Origin: Schizochytrium sp. TIO01
Lineage: Eukaryota > Protista > Bigyra: Labyrinthulomycetes
Assembly (NCBI GenBank): GCA_004764695.1
Contig: SMSO01000032.1
Location: 4,682,483-4,746,482 of the forward strand
DNA length: 64,000 bases
Direction of reading: 5' to 3'
A program made the translations under genes and the position numbers. The notes under the pieces were generated by a model. That model worked only from the letters and a program-made list of their open reading frames with translations. It searched no databases and was not told where the DNA came from. How positions within the stretch are numbered: position 1 is the first letter of the stretch; each line of letters begins with the position of its first letter. This document shows positions 35,401 to 46,923 of the stretch, in pieces.

Positions 35401-38309
35401 AGTGCGCTCACCAAAAGGATCTCAGAACCCTCAGGCAAAGTGTAGCATGTGTTGTTGTTGCCATTGACATCGGTGTATGATTGTGTCGCCGTTGCATAAA
35501 AGTCGACATACTGTTCTCCGTCTACAATGCCATCGAACGGCAGTGTCCCTAGCTCGCACGTAGGATATACAACAGCACTTTCTGTGGCTAGTTCGAGTGA
35601 CAAGACCGGTACAGGCTGATAAATCATATCGACTGTCTGGTTGCCACTTGATAGGTCTAAGGACCGGGAGGCTTCTGAAGCGAACTGTAGCTCGTAGCTA
35701 GCCTGTACATCATCATCAGGAGAGAGGAAACTGATATCAAATGTGTAGTTAGTTGCTGGGAGAGACCACGAATCAGTGATGCCTTGCATCACCTGAGACA
35801 TTTTAATATTCGGACAATCCTTGACAGTTACAGTTACATTGACGTTTCCGATGTCATAGTCGCAAGCAGTTGCGGCTGCGTGCATTGACAAAGTAGATGT
35901 AGAAGTCATGGCAATGGTTTGTGCTGCAATGACATTTCCTGATGTGATTGAGTAGCCAGAAGTACTTAGTAGACTTTGAACAATCGAACTTGAGCTGGTA
36001 GCGGGTGTCCAAGTTGCCAGGCCGGTACCGAAGCGAAGTTGAACACTAGTGGGAGAAATACTCAACGCAAAAGTTCCACTTGCATCAGTTATAGATGTGG
36101 CAAGAACAATGAAAGATTCAGACGCTGCATCAATGGCACTCACAAGTATACCTGCGCCGGGACACGTTTCATCGTTGTCAAACGGGATTTCAATTGTTCC
36201 GCTTAATGAAACAGTCTCGGTGTCTACGAAATAGACTGTCTCTTGTTTGAGGTATGTAAGTTCAATACTATAAGGATATTCGAGATAGTCTGAGGTACAT
36301 TCTGAAGTGCCTAAGGGACAAAGCTTGACGTAGCCGTCTGTGAGAGAATTATTTGCTGCGAGGATTGTAATTGTTGAAGTATTGCCGACAGCAGTTGTGT
36401 CGAGAAGAGACTCAATACTGCTTCCATCTGATTCTGTTGTCATCGTTAAAACAGTTGCATTGTTTCCAAGTGTATAATATATGGTAACTCCCGCTCGAGG
36501 GCCGGGGCCTCCAAAACTATTGACAGTAGCTTTGATTCCAGCCAGAAATGATAATGTACTCTCGAAGCTATTGGCATAAAGGGAATATGATTGTGTAGAG
36601 TCCGTTGTAGTTGTTGGAAACCAGTCATCATCAGCAAGGATTCCTATTTTTAATGCCATAACTAGGTCCTCGACTATAAAATCACTTCCCATATCTAAGG
36701 AACCTATTTCTGAGGTCAGGTCCATTGATGTGGAAGTACTCTTAGCTGTACTACACGTGAAGTTTTGCAAAGGAAAGGCGGTAATTTGGGAGCTATTTTT
36801 ACTTAGATTCCATGAAAGTGTTGCACTTATGTGAGAGAGGAAAGTTGGGAGGATAGAGTGCTTGATAATAAGCTGTACGCTACGTATTCCATAGCCGTTG
36901 TCATCAGTGTCTGTCAGTGTCTGTAAAATAGAGATATGATCTGCAAAGTAAGTAGAAAAGTCGAAATTTCCAGGTTCCTCGAAAGCCATACCAAGAAGAA
37001 TTTCTCCAAGCTGAGAACCTTCACAAACACGATGTTGACAACCTACGCCACTTCGATCGGCGCTACAAGTAGTATTCGAATCAGCTCCATACGTTTCTGC
37101 AGCTGTAATTCCTTCCATACCGCAGTACAGATTTGCCGCGCATGCTTGAAGAACACCACCTGCACACTCGTATCCCCGTGCGCACTTCTCACAATTGTCA
37201 TAGCCTGCAGAGTCAGCATAAATCGATGGGATGTAGTATCCATCAAGGCAGGTCGCGCAGTTATGTGACCCAGAGATACTATTGGAATCAGTTTTCCAAC
37301 TGGAAAACGATGTTGCGCTCTTCAAAGCACAGTTGCTGGATGATGATGCTGTTGAAAATGTCCATGCAACACACGAACTTTTTTCTTGGCATTCTTTGCG
37401 GCAAGCATGAGGAGTTGTAGTAGTTGTGGTGGCGAGAGTCCCTGCTGCAAGGTTGATACCTTGCAGCATACAGCCTTGTGCAGTTATCATTTTAATAATG
37501 TGTGGGGAAACTGTAAGGTCTCCTTTGTCGCCAGCACAGTAGACATTTGCAGATATCGTGTTAGCATCATGGGTGTACACTTCATCTGTAGACGTCGCAC
37601 TTCCAGAGTGGGCATAAAAGAAGCAATTATGTGCACTCCCTGATACTGTTCCATTGTACATCCAAGACATACACATGTTGTCAGTATAAGTTCCTTTAGT
37701 GACCTGCGCACATGCAGCTGGAGTATCTGCAACTGAAAGAGTTACGCTCTCAACTTTGTTATTATTTGCAAGAGTCACTGTGGAAGAATCACCCCTGGCA
37801 TAATTATTCATTGTTGTAGTAGATGTGCTCTTCCATTCCCAATAGTCGCACATGCCCTCGTTCTTGCAAATTTGGTGGAAATGATAAGGTGTACCATATG
37901 TCAATGAAGCCTTGTAGCAGGGTGAGAGAACTTGTTTGCTACTCATCGTGCTAGCAGATGATGCGGAGTAACTCACAGAACACCCTGAGGCTTCAGATGG
38001 AGAGCAGGATAGTGAACCGGACCCACCAATCTTCATACCCCCGTTCTTTGCAAACGACGACCAGCATCCTGCTCTACAAGCTTCGGCGGAGCCTACACGA
38101 GAGGAGGTGTACGCAGAAACAGATGAATGATCAAGCATACCATGAATGGTACAGCCAGGACTCGAACTTATTGATTCGCCATAGTAAACCATATTTTGAT
38201 ACTTGATGCCACTGGCTGCGTTTGCTACTTCAAGTAGAATACTCATTAAAATAAGAATGCGTAGAAGATTGAGCTCGCAGGCTAGCTTGCAGGGGACCTC
38301 AGTAGCCAT
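32462..38309 (-). CDS. Large single-pass cell-surface protein (signal peptide, PAN/Apple, Cys-rich, Ig-like, TM), about 1950 aa, interrupted by one frameshift near 34245
   Basis: Upstream ORF (34227-38309) has a signal peptide, an Apple domain (CRKECQEKSSCVAWTF..CALK) and CLDGYY..CEKCARGYEC. The downstream frame (to 32462) is open across the junction and ends in TM VVAAVLIPVILVAAVIAGLIYY plus a cytoplasmic tail. Confidence 0.75.
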
Positions 38310-41245
38310 ATTATTTCTTTGTTGTTTGACAGCACTTTTTTTAGTTGTAGATTTAAGGATTTGCAGCGCTGCGATTTACGAAGTATTCACTTCTGTAGTC
38401 ATAGTTAACATTCATTTTAAAAGTAGCAATGCAATTTGCAATTATTATTCTGAGACCCCTTTAAAATTATATACTCTATGTAGAGACTGGCCCTGGCGCA
38501 CGTGTGCACTTGGTCTTTTCGGAGGCTGCAAAATTCCCTCTTTCATGCATGCTCATTATGCACATGAGAGCATATGCGCACTCAACTCACTACTCAACAA
38601 CGCATGCCGAGATTTGGCATGCGCGTTAGGTAAATATGATCTTATTCCAGCACAGCTAATACCAAAGCCCCTGATAGGATTAACTGCAGCCTTCAAAGCT
38701 TCCAAGGGAAAAAAGGAGTGAATTGACTCTGAACTTCAGATCCATGACTCAGTTAAAAAAAATTAAATTAATTGAGAGGATAATTTTTTTCTGAGGCTAT
38801 TTTGTCCTGTCTCCACGTAGCCCATTCCAATCGGTGAGGCGCATTTAGCTTTCTTGTATGTTTATAAAAATGCAGATTCGAGCAGATGGGTTTTGTGAAG
38901 ACTAATTTCCTGAAGTCACGCCATGTTTCGTGAGAGATTTTGGTATCGCACTATGTTTTGTATCCGATACAACAGAGATTTGTGTTAAATTTCTTTACCA
39001 TTGTTCTTTGACTCTTGAATAAGGAAAAGAAAAAGTTACAAGCGACTCTCTCATTCTTTTTTCTTTTTTGTTTGTAGGTAATACCTTTCAAAGTGAATCC
39101 CTTCGGTTCGTCGCTATCGGTGGGAGCTGGAAAGCATGTTGCCTGTTATTCACTCATATTTATATTTTCCTAGCTATTGCTTTTTTGGATTTCGGTGTTC
39201 TTCGTTTCGCCTTTTCTAAGTTTATTCCTGGTTCGTCTCGAATTTCTAGGTAAACATTTTATTTCTTTCAGGATAACTATTACAAACCTCTTCTGGACAA
39301 CAGCATAAATGCGACAAGAATCGTATGATCTACCTAAGTGTTATGTTACAATACCTCACGAACAATTTGGCTCCGCTGGCCAAACGTATTTGTTGAAGCA
39401 AAGGTTACAGGTGTTTAAAAAAATACAATTTCTATTTCCTTGTAGTGTTTTAATTTCGGGCAATTGAACATAAATGTACCCACGCTCGATCTTTATTCAG
39501 AAGTCCTCGTAGTGTCCAGCAGCCATCAGCGTTCGGCAACTGGCTTATAATGCACAACCTAGAGTGGCAGAGTAGCACAGGGCCACCAGGTATGTGTGTG
39601 GGCAACCCGCGACAAAGCACTTGTTATATAATTTCACCACCCTGTCCCTCTTTCGCTGGCAGAGCATGTGCTTCGTAGTTCTCAAATCAACGATTCGGAA
39701 CTCTTCGACGCCACAAATAGAATAGGGACTTACTTATTCTCCCTGTCCTAATTAAGCACGCAAATCTCGCAACAAGTTACTTTACAAATCGCAACATTAA
39801 AAAGCACATCATGTGTTACGAATTAGGGAGCAGGTCCAGAAAACAGTCAAGACTTCATAATGCCCATGGGCAGCCATACGTGGGCTATAGCCCTCAGAGA
39901 ACGATAAGAGAAAGCCTCACATAGGCACAGCTCAGGATCGAAATGTATTAATCTGCTTTTACTGTTGGATTTCCGTTTTCTAATAATCTCATAAAGGAAG
40001 ACAAAAACATGAAACACGTTCCACTAAGACCTTTCAGGTCAGCGAGTAGCCTGTGCAGGTAAGAAGTGAGGCCCCTGACACTAGCAGTTCTGGGATGGAT
40101 GCATTTTGGAGAGCATGCATCGGCGCATGTGCGCTCCAATTTAAAGAGTGCGAGCCAGCACGAGCGGTGTGTTGTCATTTAGTTCAAGCTCCTGATTGAT
40201 TGACTCACAATCATCATGACTAGCTGCCCACCCTCTTACTAGGGAACTAACTCATTCATTGCAAAGTCTCGAGCTATTTCTCATATGAGTATCAAGGGGT
40301 GACTACAAAGGAGCACAGGTGTGCAAGTGTCAACAAGTTACTTGTAACCTTGATTCTCTTAGTGTCAGGCTACCTATCTAGGTATATACGAGCCTAGACA
40401 ACTGGAAGCATGCGGAGGCGCATTCAAGTTTGAATTTGTCACCACTGCTTTCTGACTGCTGGTGTGCACACTAGATTGAACGTATGCCTCAGTTTGATTC
40501 ACCACTGAGACTTTTGTTTCCAGGGTGCAAAATCCTCAGTCATGTTTAGCACGATTTGAGAATCAGTCAGTCAATGACTAAGTCATAAGATTGCATTCTA
40601 GCTGCCAAGCTGTCGCAAGCTCAAAACTACGCTCTGGCGTGAATGAAAGGTGTTCTTGGCATGCGCCAGCTTGAAACAATGGCTAGTTTGTCTAAATACT
40701 GAGCACAAGAAGTTTCGTCAAGTTCGCTTATGAATGACGCAAACGTGAACTTCTACCTCCAGAAAACAGGGGCTCACGCGTGTATTCCTAAGTGCGAGCA
40801 TATTTTGTTGTTTCAGCATGAGACAAAAACACGTGGCAAAGGCAACCACTACGAGTGAACAAGATAGGTAGTAGCACTTTTCTTTCATGGGAGGCGCCAG
40901 TGGAGCATGAACCAGAGTGAGTGTTTCGTCTCAACTCTTCGACAATTCAATACAGTTGATCTTTGGTAAGAACGAGCAACGAAGCAGGAACATCCCTATA
41001 GCAAGAAGCATCTGGAATATCTAGGCTTGTGATAAATGTCGTCATTTGCACGCACACAGAGTATTTTGATGAAACAATAATTTACCTTCATAACAAAATA
41101 CAGGACTGAAAGGAGGCGCCCGACTTGAGAATTCAACAAATAGGTAGGTACCTACCAACCAAACTTGATAGACATAGAACTCGAGATACATCTAATTTTT
41201 ATTTTCTGAAATAGTGGAAAAGGAATTGAGAAATTTAATCAAATC

Positions 41246-43507
41246 TTACCTGTAGCGACGATAAGTTGCATTGTTCCTTCTGCTGGTTGACGAAAGGAAC
41301 ATGGTTCCGAGTAGAACGAGGGCACATCCAGCTGCAGCGATACCAACAGCCAAAATAACAGGATCATTGACTTTGACAGTGTACTCTTGTTTGGCACGTG
41401 GTGCAAGAATGAATACATCGATTTTTTTCCAACCTTGCTGCTTTGCCAGAGCCCGGGCCTCGTCAAGGGCCAAATTATTTGCGAGCTGGACGCGATCTTT
41501 ATCTTCATCGAGGTATACCAACTGCATCTCATCAGCGTCTTGCCCAGTCGCCCGTTCGAGTTGCCGCAGAAGCTCTTGTAAGGATGACACACTTTTGTCT
41601 GAGAGGCGGTATACCTTGCCATCAACAAGATTCTTGACCTTGATGACAATATTGTCATCAGCCTTACCACGAATAGAGGAGGCAGCGTAGGTGCTTCCGC
41701 TGGGCTGGCCTTCGATAAAAACACCAGAAGCAGAAACTGAGCTGGGCTCAATGTCAAGGTCAGAGATATCAAGTCGAGACTGAGAAGCTGGATGCCTGGG
41801 CGGGCGACCGAGATCCTGTGCCTCAGTTGCACCGTGAAGCTCCTCAACAGGGTCCACAATGCTTTTGCGAGAGCTACGTACTTCACTGAATGCACTGATT
41901 GAGTCTGGGTCGCGCCACTGCTGGTGAGAATACATCGGCGCAGATGGCAGCGAATCAGATCGTTGTGATGAGCCACTTCCATGCACAGGGGTTGGGTAGT
42001 ACACATTGGACGATTGCCTTACAGGCGCAGCAGAGCTCAACACCTGAGCAGCTTTGCCTGACGAACTCGCGAACGTATGGACGGCACAGTCGAGGACACT
42101 GAGAATACCACACACGCGTAATCCCTCGTTTGAACTTTTGGCACCTCCATTGGAGCTTGGACTCGCATCACCGGCAGAGGTGTCAGCATCATCAGAGCTA
42201 GGGCCCCCGTCGACAACAGGGAGATGCAGGTAACGCTCAGTTTGCATGATATGCAGGGCATCCAACACGCTGCTGTCCTTGCGAACTGTATCTGGGTTAC
42301 TGGTCATGACTTCCCCAACCTTGGTGATCTTAGGGTCAAGACCTTTTGCAACAACTCGTGACATGACATCTTTACAGGTAAGAATGCCAACGAATTTTTG
42401 ATGGCTTTCAAGATCGAGCTCCTTGTGTGAGTAGGGAAGCGATGTTGCGCCGAGACCTTCAAACACAAGTACAGCAGTCATGCGAGCTTCCTTCATAGCC
42501 AAGGCTGCATCCAGGACTGTTGATTTGACATCGAGCTTAAGCAGGGACTTCCGCTGCACCACAGTTCCAACACTTGGAGAGATCGAGGCCATCAAAGCCT
42601 CCAACGTGCGGTGTGCAAGAGCCTCCGCTTCTTCAGGGTCGATGAGGTCTCCAGAAGCAGACATCTGCGCCCTCTGGACAGCTTGAAAGAACTCAGTTTG
42701 GTTCGCCTCAAGACGTTCGATCTTGTGAATAGCATCATAAAGACACTGTGTGATATCAACGAGGCCACAAATGCCAGCAGCGTTTCGGGACCGGGAGTCC
42801 GCATCGTCTCCACTGACTGCACTTGCACTTGTGTCGTCTCCAGACGTGCGGACCACTGGAAGATGGCGAAAACGGTGCTTCACCATAATTTGCAGTACTA
42901 CACTGAAGTCTTCATCAGGATCCACGCACATGGGGCTTTTGGTCATAATTTCGCTCACGGGTGTAGATTCCGGAATGCGGCTCGCACCTACCAAACGACG
43001 GCATATGTCAACCTCGGAGCAAATTCCTGTGAGAGTCTCTGTGCCATTTTCTTCACGGCGCACAATGAGCGCAGCGCTCTGGCGCTTAGCGCCAAGTTTG
43101 GAAGCCGTGTCAAGAACCGTGGTATCCTCTGTGACAATGACAGGGTGGCGCTGCTTATGGTGGCGCAGAAGACGAGACACTGGCGTGGCGGATTTGGCCT
43201 TAGAGGATCGTCCTCTCACCAGACCCGATCGCCGTGGTGTTGCGGTAGAGGATCCTGCTTGGCTTTCCGAGGATTTTCCACCGCCGAAGCGTCCACTGCC
43301 TGGCTTGGAGTTGCGGTCGGTATCGCCATTGAGACTTGCACTGGGATCGATGTTCTCCGATACCGACCCATCTTGCATGCTATCGAATCTGTCCATCGTG
43401 CTTAAAAGCTGCGACTGGGCAGCGTGGATTTGCTTTGAGTCTTTCGTGCTCTCTGCCTCAAGAAGGCTTCTGATCATCAAAAGCTCCTCGTCAATGTTTC
43501 CGTTCAT
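41246..43507 (-). CDS. Tandem CBS-pair + PB1 + C-terminal TM protein (CBSCBSPB / Mug70 family)
   Basis: Two CBS pairs (LTGICSEVDICRR..IMTKSP..HRFRHLPVV; GILTCKDVMSRVVAKGL..VMTSNPD..YLHLPVV), PB1 QLVYLDEDKDRV, tail anchor ILAVGIAAAGCALVLLG. Confidence 0.9.
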   Translation of the reverse strand: MNGNIDEELLMIRSLLEAESTKDSKQIHAAQSQLLSTMDRFDSMQDGSVSENIDPSASLNGDTDRNSKPGSGRFGGGKSSESQAGSSTATPRRSGLVRGRSSKAKSATPVSRLLRHHKQRHPVIVTEDTTVLDTASKLGAKRQSAALIVRREENGTETLTGICSEVDICRRLVGASRIPESTPVSEIMTKSPMCVDPDEDFSVVLQIMVKHRFRHLPVVRTSGDDTSASAVSGDDADSRSRNAAGICGLVDITQCLYDAIHKIERLEANQTEFFQAVQRAQMSASGDLIDPEEAEALAHRTLEALMASISPSVGTVVQRKSLLKLDVKSTVLDAALAMKEARMTAVLVFEGLGATSLPYSHKELDLESHQKFVGILTCKDVMSRVVAKGLDPKITKVGEVMTSNPDTVRKDSSVLDALHIMQTERYLHLPVVDGGPSSDDADTSAGDASPSSNGGAKSSNEGLRVCGILSVLDCAVHTFASSSGKAAQVLSSAAPVRQSSNVYYPTPVHGSGSSQRSDSLPSAPMYSHQQWRDPDSISAFSEVRSSRKSIVDPVEELHGATEAQDLGRPPRHPASQSRLDISDLDIEPSSVSASGVFIEGQPSGSTYAASSIRGKADDNIVIKVKNLVDGKVYRLSDKSVSSLQELLRQLERATGQDADEMQLVYLDEDKDRVQLANNLALDEARALAKQQGWKKIDVFILAPRAKQEYTVKVNDPVILAVGIAAAGCALVLLGTMFLSSTSRRNNATYRRYR

Positions 43508-44129
43508 GGAGGCCTATGGATAGGCGCTCAGGCTGAACAAGTAAATAAAGAACACCTTCCCTAAGTCTGTTCTTCGCAAGTGTTCAACTCTTTGCGAGAG
43601 CGCTTTTGACTTGTATAGACCAGACACGGTAAACACCGATGTCTCTTGTCTTTGGATGCAGATTCTTGCAAGAAGCCTCGACGAAGCTTAGTTTGTCACG
43701 AAACTGTCAACTTCCGTGGTTATCAGCTGACCCAGGATCTGATTGCAGTATGCCAAACTCGGCGCTCTCTCCTTCAATGTATCCGCGAGCAGCCCTTCCC
43801 CACGTATCTGTAAAGCACAATTGCGACGTGAGCTTGGGTCGAGTCTTCGGAGCAGAAGCCACTCCAAGTTAGCTTTCCTCTTAGTTAATATCGCACGTGA
43901 AGCTCGGCTCCGCTTCGCGCCCCTCCGCGAGCAGAATCCGGTCTCTGCTCAAGGTTGAAAAGGCAAGCTTTCGCTTCGCCCTTGCTATGGAGCTGACCGG
44001 CACCACGAGGCTGCCTGCCAGCCTTCTTTCCCTGCGTGTCTCCGTCGCACGCAGTCACAGCACTGCGGTTGAGCTTTGATTGGAGTTTCCTTTCCTTCGA
44101 GTCACTTCTTCTTCAAACGATTCTTTCTC

Positions 44130-44130
<1 letters not shown>

Positions 44131-44201
<71 letters not shown>

Positions 44202-44202
44202 T
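44131..44202 (+). repeat. (CTTT)n microsatellite
   Basis: About 18 perfect CTTT units. Confidence 0.95.
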
Positions 44203-46923
44203 TCCTCCTACTACAGTGAAAGGAAAGAGCAGTGGCAAATAATATGCATACAATAACTACCTGAAACTTGTGTTGCACTTCATAGTAACCACATGAAACT
44301 GTGATCATCGCCTTTGCATTGTCGCTTTTATTCATCGCAACTCAACGCTTTCAAGGTCCATCGTGGACTTTCTTTCCTGCTCGAATTGAATGTCAGAAAG
44401 CGTTTTCCACGAATAGGTGAACTTTCCCATCGCTCGAAGGAGAAAAGAGGCACGGGAACGAGGTAACTAAACATCTGACTGACTTCACGATCGTTTGCAA
44501 TTGCATGACAGCGATTGCGCCGGTGATTCTTACTTTGGTTTCTCATTCCTATTTTGTTATACCCACTTTCTTCTTTCCTTTGATTTTTAGTTACTTTTAT
44601 TTATCACGATTTCATGATCTCAAGTCGAAGTTAAAATGATAAACTTTTATAACTTTCTTTCTTTCTTTCTTCAATCAATCAATCAACAACGTCGAAGAGT
44701 GTTTGTTTACTTTCTTTTCACCTTGCGTCGCGAAAACCCTCTTGAGCCGCTGCGACCGTCGTCGAAGCCGCAAACACGGCTTCGGGGCAGCGCTGATGAC
44801 TGCCCAAGGCCACCCAAGGGTACCAGGGCGTTATTTCTTGCGCTGGGGAATGCCTTCCCAACTTTGCATTGCCTTTTGCTTTTGATGTTACTGTTGTTCG
44901 TCTTTCGAGGGGCGGGTAGGACCCCGCTAGGAGCTCATAGGCGATTCTCCCTCTGCATCTTCGACTGCTGTCACCGCCATTGCATTTTGAGGTTTACAAC
45001 CGAGCACAAGTTCATCTGCAGTGCTCAGAGTTGCACGGCTTGCGGTTGGAGACCGAGCCCGTGGAAGGGATCATGGATCGTGGAGCTCAGGTTGTTGAAG
45101 GAGGTACCAGCACAAGTTTGACTGGCGTGGGTAGAAGCGGGAGGACTTTTTGATGTCGTCAGACTTGCGGGATGGCTTTTGGAGGCTTTGGGGACCAAGG
45201 GACCTGACCCTGGTCGCTTGGGACTTGGCCAGCAACGAAGAACTGATAGCTCTAGGTACAGCCGAATGTGATTACAATTGACCGACACCAACGTGGGGAG
45301 TCGCCAGTCGACCGCGTGATATTTGCTCAGACAGGATACAGCAGTGCGTGAAACAAGTAGACAGGATAGAAAAGCAGATGAGGAAAATGAAGTCCTTGCG
45401 TTTACCCAGAACGTTTCTCTCTTATACATTTGAACGTTTCTCTTTAAATGTATAATCAAAGTTTAAGCTGGGCTCCACAGCAAAATTGAAATGTTTAATT
45501 AATAGCAAAAGGACCTCCCAATCGCAGCACACTCCGTTTCTAAAACCGAAAGTTCTTCCATTAGATTACATATGTTCCTCAGGCCCTGCACAATATTTTT
45601 ATGTCTTGGTAGATAAATATGTAGGACTCCTCCTTCCAGACAATTTTGACATAATCGTTACCCAAATGAACTCATTACGTGCTAGCTCACAAGCACATGG
45701 AGCAAATTCTGAACTGATTATAAAAACAAGATAATAAGGATACCATTTGACTGAATATACTACGTAACATCTTCATCATACAAAAGTTTCTACAGAGACC
45801 CTTTCTCAACTGGTAACTTCTCACATACGTAAGCCCTGCTCGATTAGGTGCTTCATATACTCTGTGTAGTAGGCAATATACAATGGAGTATTGGTTGTAG
45901 GTTTTTGGTGGTGAATAAATATTAATTAGTACAGTTAGTTTTCCTCCTCCCTTATTAATACAGATGAACTAGAGAGAAAGAATTTTCTGATACGCTACAG
46001 ATGTTTGTCGATAAACAATTCCTTCGCACGAATGCACTGAAAATACAAATCCATGTTCATAATTAAGGAGACCAGGTTGTCAAGATGCATGAAATGTAAT
46101 TTTGAAGAAGTTGAGTCCGTCATTATGGAGGTGAGTCTTTTAGAATTGGCGTAAGTATGTGCAGAGTTTCAAAATGATCATTCGGTTTTCGAAGATCAAT
46201 AACTTCACATGGTGATTTTTTGTGTGTGTGTGATTACAACGAAGTCACGTATTCTTCCGTCAATCCATGTTGACCGAAAAGGCATATTCGAACACAGAAT
46301 GATCAAGCTGAAGAGACTGTCATAGCACTTTTTACCATTATTTTCTAACTTTCTACTCCAGAGAAGTATTCTGCTCACCATTCATTGCGACATCATTCGC
46401 TGTATGCCGAGCCAAAAACTGCACATCAGCATTACGTAACTCAACTTCAAAAATAAACGTTATCCTGAAAAGAGGAGATAGCCACGTTTTCAGTAATGTA
46501 GCACGTCCTCGAAAATTTAACCAATTATATGTAGAAAACCTCTCCCTCGTCGTTCCAGCGCCAACTAGTTGTACTTATTACATTTCTCCAAACCCAAATG
46601 ATCCTTATTTTTCGAGCCAAGATTCCCAACCCATAAGTAACTACCAACTCCACTCCTATTCTTTTGCATAATCTGGTCTAAAGCAAGTTCGAGGTCTTCG
46701 TACTACTAGCGCCCTCATATCCTTTTCAGTAGGAATGAAGCCACCCTCCCCTCCAGCCGCCGAGCAGCGCATAGACAAACAAACAGACCCTTGGCGCTCT
46801 GTGGCGTGACGGCAGCGGCCAGCAGCGGCACACCTGGTTTGCGCGGCGTGCCTTTTGGCCGTCGTTCACCTATTAAAAACTATCCACCTCTCAGCTTTTG
46901 ACACATAGCTGCTCGGCGTCCGC

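Noticed and set aside
42611-43523. Long antisense ORFs over the CBS gene (similar ones over the bromodomain, AP2 and ARP6 genes)
   Set aside because: Shadow ORFs caused by codon bias of the real gene. No domain content.
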